Positions 39,543 through 50,008 of a stretch of 64,000 nt of DNA are shown here, in pieces. The position numbers and the translations under genes are program-made. The stretch lies in NCBI GenBank assembly GCA_965208325.1, contig OZ242326.1, forward strand, positions 3,968,001-4,032,000. The letters are read 5' to 3'. Origin of the DNA: Candidatus Poribacteria bacterium (GTDB taxonomy: Bacteria; Poribacteria; WGA-4E; PCPOR2b). Below the pieces are notes generated by a model. That model did no database searches, was not told the DNA's origin, and worked only from the letters and a program-made list of their open reading frames with translations. The stretch's first letter is position 1. Each line of letters begins with the position of its first letter.

Positions 39543-40313
39543 GTGAACTCGGCGCACACACTTATTAAGGACTTCACAATATTTGTGGACAAGGAGGCAT
39601 TACCTAGCGTGCGTTCTATCGTAACAACATGGCAACGGAAAAACAACCTAGAGTCTAGAATCCAATCAGAGCCGGTACCAATTGTTTCAGACGCTGCAAA
39701 TTACGCGGATATTTGTTATCAATTATGCACAAGAGACAAGAAACTCGCCAAAGTGATTCATTTGGTAGGGCCATGCGGTTTGGCTGAAAACCGTGCCGGC
39801 TTTGATTTCTTGATTAATGCTATTATTGGACAACAACTGTCAAAGACAGCAGCAGATGCAATAATTAGGCGATTTCGAAAGTTGTTTACATCGGGACACG
39901 CCACGCCAAGACAGTTTATGTCTCTCCAGAGACAGGATGTGCTCGATACGGGAATCTCGAATCGGAAATACGATTACATTCTTGATTTAGCCCAGAAGAC
40001 TGACAGCAAGCAGTTGCGGTTTTCGCAATTACATCAAGAGGATGACGCCGCAATCCGCCGCTTGCTCAAGGAAGTAAAAGGCATTGGCGACTGGACTGTT
40101 GATATGTATTTGCTTTTTGGCCTCGCTAGGTTGGACGTGTTTCCTGTACACGATCTCGCTCTTAGAAATGTCATGTCTACCATTTACGATTTCAAGGCCG
40201 CTGATTTAGAAACGGCCAAGAAGATAGCACAGAAATGGAAGCCATACCGCAGCATTGGATCCTGGTACCTTTACAAGTTCCGGAACATGCAAACTCAAAG
40301 CCCTGCAACTTGA
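39543..40313 (+). CDS. DNA-3-methyladenine glycosylase II (AlkA/HhH-GPD family)
   Basis: 'AIIGQQLS', HhH 'VKGIGDWTVDM.L.F.L.R.DVFP..D', 'WKPYRS'. Start uncertain. Confidence 0.85.
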   Translation: MNSAHTLIKDFTIFVDKEALPSVRSIVTTWQRKNNLESRIQSEPVPIVSDAANYADICYQLCTRDKKLAKVIHLVGPCGLAENRAGFDFLINAIIGQQLSKTAADAIIRRFRKLFTSGHATPRQFMSLQRQDVLDTGISNRKYDYILDLAQKTDSKQLRFSQLHQEDDAAIRRLLKEVKGIGDWTVDMYLLFGLARLDVFPVHDLALRNVMSTIYDFKAADLETAKKIAQKWKPYRSIGSWYLYKFRNMQTQSPAT

Positions 40314-40826
40314 AGAAGCGTTACATTGGGCGATTGATACGAGAAATTCTCAACTCCGAGGGTGGCGCCGAGTATTTCAAGCTACATTCACGATTACGGA
40401 ACCGAGATCTTGAGGACATTTGATGAAGATTTGTCTGGCAACGCGGTTGGCGATTGAATTTAGCGAGGGTTGATATGCGCGATAAGGAAACGGTTGGCGT
40501 CAGCGGAGAGAACGGTTTTTTGGGTCAGATGGACCGTTTATGGCGAGGACGACGAGGCCTCCTTAAAACTCAAGACGGCAATGCGGGAGGGTTTTCACAA
40601 CTGGGCGCAATCGCCTATCGGACTTGTAAATGTTTCAATGGAAGCTTATCTATTATCCAAGCGCCTCGTTTATTACTAGCGCCATTCTGTCGGTTGACGG
40701 CGGTTACTCCGCCTCCCAGAGGATGCAGGTAGGGAATTGAGCGGCATTATTTCCAACCTTGCTCTGGTGATTTGTCCAGGTTCGCGACGGAGCATTCATT
40801 TAGAAAGTCAGCATTTGGAGAATAAC

Positions 40827-41996
40827 GTGAAGGTGAATCCACAACAATTATTGGACGACGGATACATCGTTATTCGGGAGTGTGTTCCGCGGGAACAATT
40901 GGATTCCCTACGCAATAATTATGAGACCTTAGTAAAACGTCAGGGCGGTGAATCTTGGTTAGCTGCGAGTGCTCAGCCGCGTCTTGAGGCGAATCGCTTA
41001 GTTGACGAAACCACTGCGGATACAGTTGAAATCTGGTTGCACGAAAACACCTTGGGTGTCAGTCAACAACTGCTGTGCCATCCAGAAGCGGGAGTCACTA
41101 GAATGTGGATGATGTGCAGCCCCACCCACGACCACGGACCATCTAATTGGCACCGGGATGTCCACCCCATTGATATGGCGCCGCTGCGCGCACTGCAGAT
41201 GGACATGGTAGAGAATATGCCGAGGTATCTTCAGTGGAACATCCCCCTCTATGACGATGACGTTTTTTGGGTGGTGCCCCGCAGTCATCGCCGCCTAAAT
41301 ACGGACGCGGAAAACCAGCAGTTACTTGATAATCCACGTGTCCCTTTACCGGATAGCGTCCCTGTAGACCTCAAAGCGGGCGATGGGGTTGTATACAGCA
41401 ACTTTCTATTGCACTGGGGCAGCAACTATAGTACGAAACTGCGGCGTACACTGCATGGTGGGCATTCCATTTTCACGTACTATCAAGATATGGGATTCAC
41501 AAGGTCACTTTCACCTACAGCGCGGGAAGCGTTTGAAGGTTGGGGGCGGAGAAGCGCAACACTACAGAACTTGACGGAATCAGCGCTTCGTGCAATCATC
41601 GACAGAGATGCGGGCGCATACATTGAAGCGCTCGAAGGAATCCAACCGGGCGCTGGGGCAATGGGCAAGCTGGTATTGACAATATTTCTCTGCAAAGCGG
41701 CGTATCACGTACACATCTTGAAACGTTCGGACTTTGATAGTCTACCCGATGAAGTTCGTAGACGTGCGGGAGAGGAACACATGATTACCCTCAATTGGGG
41801 ACCAGAATTCAGCAGTCGATTCTCGCAAGTCGAGTCTGATACGCTTTGGAAGCGGTTCGAGACTTTGGACGCGAAACTCCAGGGGGACGAGGAGCGCTTC
41901 GTACCGGGTTTTCAGTCTAGGCCAATGCGCTACTTTTTCGAAGAGATGCCAACTGATTTCGGTTTGGAGGAGTTTATTGGTAGTTGGGATACCTAG
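40827..41996 (+). CDS. PhyH family dioxygenase with C-terminal extension
   Basis: 'LDDGYIVIR', 'WHRD', 'VVPRSHRR', 'LKAGDGV.Y...LHWG'. GGAG precedes GTG 40827. Confidence 0.85.
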   Translation: MKVNPQQLLDDGYIVIRECVPREQLDSLRNNYETLVKRQGGESWLAASAQPRLEANRLVDETTADTVEIWLHENTLGVSQQLLCHPEAGVTRMWMMCSPTHDHGPSNWHRDVHPIDMAPLRALQMDMVENMPRYLQWNIPLYDDDVFWVVPRSHRRLNTDAENQQLLDNPRVPLPDSVPVDLKAGDGVVYSNFLLHWGSNYSTKLRRTLHGGHSIFTYYQDMGFTRSLSPTAREAFEGWGRRSATLQNLTESALRAIIDRDAGAYIEALEGIQPGAGAMGKLVLTIFLCKAAYHVHILKRSDFDSLPDEVRRRAGEEHMITLNWGPEFSSRFSQVESDTLWKRFETLDAKLQGDEERFVPGFQSRPMRYFFEEMPTDFGLEEFIGSWDT

Positions 41997-42047
41997 AACG
42001 CGATTGGGATAAACATCGAACAGTTTACCAAAGAAGGAGCTCTGGAA

Positions 42048-43193
42048 TTGAAAATCGTTAAGGTTGAACATTTTTTTCCGCGCCAGCGGGCACGTCTAGT
42101 TAAAATCACGACCGATAACGGCATTGTGGGATGGGGCGAAGCGACTCTTGAAGGCAAACCCAAGAGCACCAGAGCTGCTGTTGAAGAACTGGCGGACTAT
42201 CTAATCGGTAAAGACCCGCTTCGGATTGAGCACCATTGGCAATATATCTACCGGGGTGCGTTCTACCGAGGCGGGAGCGTGCTGATGAGCGCCTTGTCCG
42301 GTATCGATCAGGCATTATGGGACATCGCCGGGAAACACTACGGCGTGCCGGCCTACAAGTTGTTGGGCGATGCCGTGCGCGATCGCATCCGGGTCTATGC
42401 CCACTGGGGAATTGGTAGTATGACCGACGAAGGCAAAGCTCAGGCGCGAGAGCATCTCGAGGCGTTACAGAAGCAGGGAGGCTACAGCGTTTTCAAATCA
42501 GGTCCGGGCGGCAAGTGGCGGGGCCATGAACCGCCGGCAATGATTGACGCATTCGTCGAGCGGGCATATTTGATGCGAGAGTGGGTTGGGCCTGACGTGG
42601 AACTCGCCTTTGATTTCCACGGCATGATGACCCCCGCACTTGCAATTGAGATTTGTCACGAATTAAAAGGCATGCGCCCGATGTTCGTGGAGGAACCCGT
42701 ACCACAAGAGAACATTGATGCGCTGAAGTTAGTCTCGGACCGTGTCACCTTTCCGATTGCTACGGGCGAGCGCCTATTGTCGCGGTGGGAATTTCGGGAA
42801 ATCTTTGAGAAACAAGCGGTGGCTTATATCCAACCGGATGCCTCCCATGCCGGTGGCATCACGGAACTCAAAAAGATTGCCAACATGGCAGAAATCTACT
42901 ATATGCACATCGCACCCCACTGTGCGATTGGGCCGGTGGCGTTTTCCGCGTCGTTGCACGTTGATGCGGTAGTGCCAAACTTTTTGATTCAGGAACAGAC
43001 AGATTGGGTTATGGGCTCCGGCCTCTTGAAAGAAGATTGGCGAGTTAAAGATGGTTTCGTCGAGTTGCCAACGAAGCCCGGCCTTGGCATTGAGATTGAC
43101 GAAAAAGCGGCTGAACAGAATCTCGACATATACGTAGAAGAGTTGGGCGGCGAATTTTATCATGAGTCCGATGGCAGCTTGGTGGATTGGTAG
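42048..43193 (+). CDS. dgoD: Galactonate dehydratase-like enolase superfamily protein
   Basis: 'GWGEATLEG', 'SGIDQALWDIAGK', 'FDFHG', 'FVEEP', 'ATGER', 'APHC'. Substrate is not certain. Confidence 0.75.
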   Translation: MKIVKVEHFFPRQRARLVKITTDNGIVGWGEATLEGKPKSTRAAVEELADYLIGKDPLRIEHHWQYIYRGAFYRGGSVLMSALSGIDQALWDIAGKHYGVPAYKLLGDAVRDRIRVYAHWGIGSMTDEGKAQAREHLEALQKQGGYSVFKSGPGGKWRGHEPPAMIDAFVERAYLMREWVGPDVELAFDFHGMMTPALAIEICHELKGMRPMFVEEPVPQENIDALKLVSDRVTFPIATGERLLSRWEFREIFEKQAVAYIQPDASHAGGITELKKIANMAEIYYMHIAPHCAIGPVAFSASLHVDAVVPNFLIQEQTDWVMGSGLLKEDWRVKDGFVELPTKPGLGIEIDEKAAEQNLDIYVEELGGEFYHESDGSLVDW

Positions 43194-43282
43194 CGGGATG
43201 GGCATAGTACATATTGTGGAGAAAGAGATTGCCGAGACTACTGTCTCAGTTGTTTAAGGAGTCGGGATAATGGAAGGCTTCA

Positions 43283-43585
43283 ATGAACACACTACTTGAC
43301 CTCCAAAAACGAATTGCTGACGAACGCGAGAAACGTGGATTTGTTACGGATCCTGTCAAGCTGGCGGTGCTTTTGATTGAGGAGATTGGGGAAATTGCTT
43401 CGGAACTCAAACGGCATTGGTCTAAGAACTACGACGGAATTCGCGCCGACCGGCTTGAAGAGGAGATTGCAGACGCCTTTGTAATACTTGCGGCTTTAGC
43501 GAATCAATTTGATATAGACATTGAGGAGGCGGTGGAAAACAAGTTTTTCGACAAAGACGGTCGGAGAGAGTGGAAATCTGCCTAA
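43283..43585 (+). CDS. MazG-like nucleotide pyrophosphohydrolase
   Basis: 'LIEEIGEIA...EEEIAD....LAN..DID.EEA'. Confidence 0.85.
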   Translation: MNTLLDLQKRIADEREKRGFVTDPVKLAVLLIEEIGEIASELKRHWSKNYDGIRADRLEEEIADAFVILAALANQFDIDIEEAVENKFFDKDGRREWKSA

Positions 43586-43721
43586 TCTCTCTAAGATAGA
43601 GCTGGAAAACCAAATTGCATTCAGATTAGTCCGATGTTTTGTCTTCATCAACGTATGATATAGCGTTTCTCAAATCTCCCCTCTGGCGGGCGAATTCGTA
43701 CAAAAACCATAGGGCGTTTAA

Positions 43722-44348
43722 GTGGATATCGCTGTCAAAAAAGTCACTGCATTTGTCACACGGGAACGCAGTGGAGCGAAGGAGTTGCTCGTGTTTAAGC
43801 ATCCGTCGGCAGGCATCCAGATCCCTGCCGGAACCGTAGAAGACGGTGAATGCTTGGAAACTGGTGTAATGCGAGAAGTCTATGAGGAAACCGGTCTGAA
43901 GCTAGTCAAGATTGAGAAATTTCTCGGGTATGTTGAAAACGAGTTGGGAGAAAATGAGAGTGTCGTTTCGAAAACAACCCAAGTTTATATCAAGCCGCGT
44001 TTAAACTCGACCGTCTGCAACAAAGAGTTGGCAAGGGGGCTAACCGTAAATTACGATTCCACGCATAATGGCTTTACTCACATTTCATACCTTGAATACG
44101 ATAGGATTCCAAATCCGACATGCATCCGCTACGAGATAGCAGGATGGGTTCCGAGTAGAAACTTAAGTCCGCAAAAAGCGAGACATTTTTTCCAGCTTAC
44201 TACACTGGAAGAAACAGCAGATGGATGGGACGTGAAAAGCGATAGAGACCATATTTTCAAGGTGTATTGGTCACCGCTGTCGCCAAAGCCCCGAATTGTG
44301 CCGCCGCAAGACAAGTGGTTGGATTTCGTTTACGAGCAGTTACAATAA
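43722..44348 (+). CDS. NUDIX hydrolase with internal insertion
   Basis: Nudix box 'GTVEDGECLETGVMREVYEETGL' and 'LLVFKHP.AGIQIP'. Confidence 0.8.
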   Translation: MDIAVKKVTAFVTRERSGAKELLVFKHPSAGIQIPAGTVEDGECLETGVMREVYEETGLKLVKIEKFLGYVENELGENESVVSKTTQVYIKPRLNSTVCNKELARGLTVNYDSTHNGFTHISYLEYDRIPNPTCIRYEIAGWVPSRNLSPQKARHFFQLTTLEETADGWDVKSDRDHIFKVYWSPLSPKPRIVPPQDKWLDFVYEQLQ

Positions 44349-44452
44349 GTCGTTAATAGCTTCTTCGCAGCGTTAGATTCTAAGCAAACCTTCGGTTGGT
44401 TTGGAACCTACCCAATATTGAAGTGATACTAATTCCCAAGGAGAGAACGGGT

Positions 44453-46189
44453 ATGCCGTTTATGACTCGCCCCGTATTGACGGGGACACACGGCGTGGTG
44501 ACGGCGGGGCACTATCTGGCGGCGGCAGCGGGATTCCGTATGCTTGAGAAGGGAGGCAACGCGATTGACGCCGGGGTTGCTGCGGGTTTTGCGGTAAACG
44601 TGCTTGAACCGCAGTCAAACGGAATAGGCGGAGAAGCCCCTATATTAGTCTATTCGGCGCGCCAAAAACGGGTCTACGCAATCAACGGACAAGGATACGC
44701 CCCAAAAGCTGCCACAATTGATTGGTTCAAATCCCAAGGGATAAGATTAATTCCAGGCGATGGATTATTGTCAGCGACAGTCCCCGGTGCGTTTGGTGCG
44801 TGGTTAACAGCCTTGCAGCATTTTGGAAAACTGAGTCTAAAAGACGTGTTGACGCCAGCGATTGAATTGACCGAGGAAGGGTTCCCGATGTATTCTGAGC
44901 TCCACAATGCCATAGGCAATCTTGCGGATAAATTTCAGGATGAGTGGCCAAGTTCCGCTAGGGTCTATCTACCCCACGATCGTCCACCAATGGTTGGCGA
45001 ACTCGTCCGCAATTTGGACTGGGCGAACACGTTCAAGGCTGCAATTGATGTCGAGATCAGAAATCGGCATCGCGGACGCGAAATGGCAATTGAGGCTGCG
45101 CGCGATTACTTTTACAAGGGAGAAATTGCCGAACGAATTGTCGAATTTACACAGGGTACGAAGATTCGCGATGTTAGCGGTCAAGAAAATTATGGGTTGC
45201 TCGCGCCGGATGACTTCCAAATGTATCAGACAAAAGTCGAATCTCCATTAACATTGAGTTATCGCGGTTACGATGTATACAAATGCAACACATGGTGCCA
45301 AGGTGCGGTGTTTTTGCAGCAGTTGGGGTTGCTTGAAGGATTTGACCTTTCATCAATGGGGCACAATTCGCCCGACTACATCCACACCGTGGTTGAATCT
45401 GCGAAACTCGCCTTCGCCGATCGGGAGAAATATTACGGCGACCCGGATTTTGTCACGGTTCCGCTGGATCGATTACTCTCGAAAGCGTATGCCGCTGAAC
45501 GGCGCAGGCTCATCAGTGCGGAGGAAGCATCAATGAACCTCCGCGCCGGAGATTCGCCGCCGATTCAATTGGAATCCGAGGAATCACATCCGGATGTTTA
45601 TACGGGAGATACGACCCATCTGGACGCGATCGACCGTGAAGGTAACATGATTGCTGCTACCCCGAGCGGTGGATGGATTCCGTCCTCTCCGGTTATAGAT
45701 GGATTGGGATTTCCATTAGGGACACGCGGGCAGATGTTCTATCTGGATGCCAACCATGCGAATGCACTTGCACCGCGCAAAAGGCCGCGCACGACACTGA
45801 CGCCCTCTCTCGCAATGAAAGACGGCGAGCCGTTTATGGTTTTCGGGACACCGGGCGGCGATTGCCAGGATCAGTGGACGTTGCAATTTTTCCTCAACAT
45901 CGTCGATTTTGGTATGAATCTACAAGAAGCCATTGATGCGCCGAACTTTCACACGCACCATTTCCCCAATTCTTTTTATCCGCACAACGCCGAGCCCGGC
46001 AGCGCAGTACTTGAGGGTCGTATTCCTGATACGGTGAGGGTTGAGCTTGCAGAACGCGGGCATCAGATTTCGATTGCGGGAGATTGGAGCCACGGCAAGG
46101 TGCTGGGAATCGCCTTTGATTCGAAGACCGGCGTGATTTCCGCGGGTGCATCACCCCGTGCCCAGATAGCTTATGCAATGGGGCGTTGA
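44453..46189 (+). CDS. ggt: Gamma-glutamyltransferase family protein
   Basis: 'GGNAIDAGVA', 'GIGGE', 'ATVPG', autocleavage 'GDTTH', 'RPRTTLTP', 'GTPGGD.Q'. Confidence 0.9.
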   Translation: MPFMTRPVLTGTHGVVTAGHYLAAAAGFRMLEKGGNAIDAGVAAGFAVNVLEPQSNGIGGEAPILVYSARQKRVYAINGQGYAPKAATIDWFKSQGIRLIPGDGLLSATVPGAFGAWLTALQHFGKLSLKDVLTPAIELTEEGFPMYSELHNAIGNLADKFQDEWPSSARVYLPHDRPPMVGELVRNLDWANTFKAAIDVEIRNRHRGREMAIEAARDYFYKGEIAERIVEFTQGTKIRDVSGQENYGLLAPDDFQMYQTKVESPLTLSYRGYDVYKCNTWCQGAVFLQQLGLLEGFDLSSMGHNSPDYIHTVVESAKLAFADREKYYGDPDFVTVPLDRLLSKAYAAERRRLISAEEASMNLRAGDSPPIQLESEESHPDVYTGDTTHLDAIDREGNMIAATPSGGWIPSSPVIDGLGFPLGTRGQMFYLDANHANALAPRKRPRTTLTPSLAMKDGEPFMVFGTPGGDCQDQWTLQFFLNIVDFGMNLQEAIDAPNFHTHHFPNSFYPHNAEPGSAVLEGRIPDTVRVELAERGHQISIAGDWSHGKVLGIAFDSKTGVISAGASPRAQIAYAMGR

Positions 46190-46250
46190 TTGGGAAATGT
46201 AATTCTCGTTACACAAAATGATGGATTTTGGTTTTGTTGCACTGAACAAA

Positions 46251-46287
46251 TTAAAGAAACCGAGTTTTGAAGAAAAAACGCGGTTTC
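46251..46287. repeat. Dispersed palindrome GAAACCGAGTTTT-N-AAAAC(G/T)CGGTTTC, copy 1
   Basis: Near-identical copy at 51674-51710. Confidence 0.7.
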
Positions 46288-46360
46288 AAATAAGTGCCGC
46301 GATTTGGAGATTACCGCTACAGGATACAGGTGCGGAAGACTATTGCGCCCTATTCGGTCG

Positions 46361-47671
46361 CTTGATTGCGCGGTTGCGGTGTATGGAAAGTGTGATTGCA
46401 CAAGAGATTACGGCACACGGAGTGTGCCTACTACTTTATCGCGGCTGAAAGCCGCTCCCACAGTGGAGGGTAATTTGGAGGGTGGAAGGAAAGGGTTGCG
46501 ATTCTCGACGATACGGTCTGAACTGTGATTCGTGTGATTAAATGAATGGCTGTGATTAAGGGAGCGCGCAAACAGTCGGAAGTTGATGGTGTTGCGGAAG
46601 GTTACAAAAGCGTTGGGTTTCGCTACGCGTGAAATTTCACCAAGCATCTTTTGAAATTTGGAGCGGTAACTTGCTGCCGGCGCGGATTTGGATTGATCCG
46701 CTCTACCCAACCTACAAGAGCTTGATTGCGCGGTTGCGGCGTGTGGAAAGTGTGATTTCACAAAAGATTACGGCACACGGAGTGTGCCTACTACTTTATC
46801 GCGGCTGAAAGCCGCTGCCACAGGGGAGGGTAATTTGGGGGGTGGAAGGAAAGGGTTGCAATTCTCGACGATACGGTCTGAACTGTGATGCGTGTGATTA
46901 AATGATTGGCTGTGATTAAGGGAGCGCGCAATCAGTCGGAAGTTGATGGTTTTGCGGAAGGTTACAAAAGCGTTGGGTTTGGCTACGTCGTATCAATTTT
47001 AAACTGCCTCCACCCGTGAAAATCATACGCACAATGTTGCATTTCTGGCGGTAAGAACTATCGCCCTCCCTATTCGGTCGGTTGATCGCTCTACCCAACC
47101 TACAAGAGCTTGATTGCGCGGTTGCGGTGTATGGAAAGTGTGATTGCACAAGAGATTACGGCACACGGAGTGTGCCTACTACTTTATCGCGGCTGAAAGC
47201 CGCTGCCACAGGGGAGGGTAATTTGAAGGGTGGAAGGAATGGGTTGCGATTCTCTACGGTACGGTCTGAACTGTGATTCGTGTGATTAAATGATTGGCTG
47301 TGATTAACGGAGCGCGCAATCAGCCGGAAGTTGATGGTGTTGCGGAAGGTTACAAAAGCGTTGGGTTTCGCTACGTCGTATCAATTTTAAACTGCCTCCA
47401 CCCGTGAAAATCATACGCACAATGTTGCATTTCTGGCGGTAAGAACTATCGCCCTCCCTATTCGGTCGGTTGATCGCTCTACCCAACCTACAAGAGCTTG
47501 ATTGCGCGGTTGCGGTGTATGGAAAGTGTGATTGCACAAGAGATTACGGCACACGGAGTGTGCCTACTACTTTATCGCGGCTGAAAGCCGCTCCCACAGT
47601 GGAGGGTAATTTGGAGGGTGGAAGGAAAGGGTTGCGATTCTCGACGATACGATCTGAACTGTGATTCGTGT
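46361..47671. repeat. Tandem array of 360/388-bp mosaic REP-like units (3 full + 1 partial)
   Basis: Units start with CTTGATTGCGCGG at 46361, 46721, 47109 and 47497 and contain several palindromes. Confidence 0.9.
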
Positions 47672-47713
47672 AAATTTGAAATCCAAAATGGATCTTAATT
47701 GGAGGTGGAAAAG

Positions 47714-49186
47714 ATGTGTTTTAGTTATGAACCCCGCAAATTCAGGCGAGGACGAGAAATATTGGTTGTAATTTCTGTCATCTTTTGGTTAGTAACAACC
47801 TTTAACTCAGAGAGTTTGGCAGCACACAATTGGACAGAGCAGATTGCAGCTTTCAAGCCGATGGTTGTGAACGTGGAAACGTCATCGGAAGTTGTATTTG
47901 AAGCGGAATCGAAGGGTACGAACTTTGCCACGGGTTTCATCGTTGATGCGGCGCGCGGGATTATCGCGACTAACCGGCATGTCACCGGCAGCAGCCCATC
48001 CTACGTGAAAATCAACTTTTTCGACGGAAGTTTTACAGAAGCGGAGATTCTCTACTATGATCCGACCCACGATTTCGGGTTTTACCGAATCGATTCGGAA
48101 GAGGTACAGTTTGAGTTGCAGGCCGTGAAAACTAACTCGTGGCGCAGCCTAGCTTTGGGCGATGAATTGCTATTGATTGGGAACAACGAGAAGGAAGAAT
48201 ATTCAATCAAGTTTGGCAGAGTTGCAAATCTTAACGTCAACAAAGGCGATCGGCACTCAAGCTACATCCACGCGACGTTTGACCGCACGGGCGGAGCTAG
48301 CGGGAGTCCTGTCTGGAACACCAAAGGAGAGGTCATTGCCATCCATGCGCGCGGAACAGACACTTCAAGTTTTGAGCTGCCAATGGACTATTTGACCGAT
48401 GCCCTAACGAAAATCCAAAATCAGATTCCAATCCAACGCGGGGAAATCGGTGTGGATTTAGAACTTATCTCCATTGGTGAGGCGATTAAGCATTTCAGAC
48501 TGCCGGAGTCTTCGCGTGAAGAAATTGGACCATCAGAGACAGGGACACCTAAAGTCATTCAGATTGAATCAATTATTCCTCGAACAACCGGAGAGATGCA
48601 TTTACGGGCTTCGGATATTGTATATCGAATCAATGGAAAACTCATCCGTGATGAGCTATATACATTCGACGCTATTTTGAATGAGAGTGTGGGGCGGTCG
48701 GTGATGCTAGACATCTATCGTAACGGGGCGGCGATGTCGGTTGAGATGCCGGTCGAAGACCTCGAGTTGAAGAAAATTCGCCGGTTTGTCCGCTTTGCAG
48801 GTTCGATTGTTCACGATATTACACCTAGCCTGAGACGGATGCTCTACTTTGAAGCCGATGGTGTTTACTTGACACATGCGGTTGCGGGCAGCAGTTTTTC
48901 GCGCATCGGACTGCGCGAGCGCAATGGTAATTCAAAAGTGGTGATTTTGGAAATCAACGGGCGGCCAATTCGAGTATTGGACGACTTCATAGATGCCTGC
49001 AAGGAGATTTCGGATGGGCAACACACGTACATGGTCATCCGTGATTTCAATTTGTTTGACAGTTCACCGACTCCCAAGAGTGTGACCGTAAACCTGAAGT
49101 TCGGTCCGCTGCAGGTGTTCTTATGGAATGAGCAAATGCTTGACTGGGAAGAGGCGGGAATTGAAAACGAAACAGCGGCGCAATGA
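47714..49186 (+). CDS. Secreted trypsin-like serine protease with PDZ-like domains (Nma111/HtrA-like)
   Basis: Catalytic triad in 'ATNRHV', 'DPTHDFGF', 'GGASGSPV'; hydrophobic N-terminus. Confidence 0.85.
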   Translation: MCFSYEPRKFRRGREILVVISVIFWLVTTFNSESLAAHNWTEQIAAFKPMVVNVETSSEVVFEAESKGTNFATGFIVDAARGIIATNRHVTGSSPSYVKINFFDGSFTEAEILYYDPTHDFGFYRIDSEEVQFELQAVKTNSWRSLALGDELLLIGNNEKEEYSIKFGRVANLNVNKGDRHSSYIHATFDRTGGASGSPVWNTKGEVIAIHARGTDTSSFELPMDYLTDALTKIQNQIPIQRGEIGVDLELISIGEAIKHFRLPESSREEIGPSETGTPKVIQIESIIPRTTGEMHLRASDIVYRINGKLIRDELYTFDAILNESVGRSVMLDIYRNGAAMSVEMPVEDLELKKIRRFVRFAGSIVHDITPSLRRMLYFEADGVYLTHAVAGSSFSRIGLRERNGNSKVVILEINGRPIRVLDDFIDACKEISDGQHTYMVIRDFNLFDSSPTPKSVTVNLKFGPLQVFLWNEQMLDWEEAGIENETAAQ

Positions 49187-49198
49187 ACGCCTTGCGAG

Positions 49199-49945
49199 TC
49201 ACTGGATTTTCAACGATGTGACGTTTGATTCGAGTTCTGCCGTGCCCCTGAGAGAATTCATAGGCAGAAATATTTGGTCAAGTTTGCCCTCCATTTTACC
49301 TCGCATGAATTCAATCTCTTCCCGCAACTGAGCGACAGCCTGCTGTTTTTCGGAGGCGGGCAGTTTGGGTGAGTTTTGTATGGCTGCGATTTCACGTTCA
49401 TACTCAATGATTTGCGGCGACTGATCTTGCAGAGATTCTCGATAGACTTTCAGAATCATCCTTAACTGTAACGTATAATCGCCCGGATCCAATTTGTAAC
49501 GGGTATTCAGATTATCTAATACAGCCGTTCGCATTGTCCCCGCCTTCAAATCCGCGCCTCGAATGCAACTGACATGGCTACCCTCCCGCATCAAGGTTTT
49601 TGGTTTTTCATCCAAGGCAATTGAGCGTTTAGGTTTAACCGATTCACCCATCGCATTTTTTACGACCAAGTTTGTAAATACGCTTTCCCCTTCAACGGCG
49701 GCATATGGCACAAGCAAATCGAATTTCCCCACATGAATTTGCAGCTCAAGAGGGATGTTCTCATCAACGGAATAAATGGGTTTCGATGACGATAAGTGGA
49801 GTTCCAAAATTGTTGGCGGATTGACCGCCGAAGTGGTTTGAACCTGCACCGGCGTTTCGGACGCCCCACCCAAACAACCGATAACAACGACGCTGAAAAT
49901 GAAAAGAAACACATAGTGTACTTTTGGTTGAGGTTGAATTTTCAT
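49199..49945 (-). CDS. Hypothetical exported protein (possible lipoprotein)
   Basis: 248-aa ORF with AAGGAG RBS and a hydrophobic leader ending 'VIGC'. Confidence 0.6.
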   Translation of the reverse strand: MKIQPQPKVHYVFLFIFSVVVIGCLGGASETPVQVQTTSAVNPPTILELHLSSSKPIYSVDENIPLELQIHVGKFDLLVPYAAVEGESVFTNLVVKNAMGESVKPKRSIALDEKPKTLMREGSHVSCIRGADLKAGTMRTAVLDNLNTRYKLDPGDYTLQLRMILKVYRESLQDQSPQIIEYEREIAAIQNSPKLPASEKQQAVAQLREEIEFMRGKMEGKLDQIFLPMNSLRGTAELESNVTSLKIQ

Positions 49946-50008
49946 TGAGCTCTCCTTGTTTAAACCAGCATTCGCGCGGAAGTTCTACTGTTACCTTATT
50001 CCATACCT

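Noticed and set aside
40313..40732. Short ORFs between the alkA-like and PhyH genes
   Set aside because: No recognisable motif or RBS. Possibly a gene remnant, but unsupported.
46361..47671. CRISPR array, or coding repeats (short ORFs 46304-47664 on both strands)
   Set aside because: Units are 360-388 bp, two inserts are identical and there are no cas genes. The ORFs are translations of palindromic repeats.
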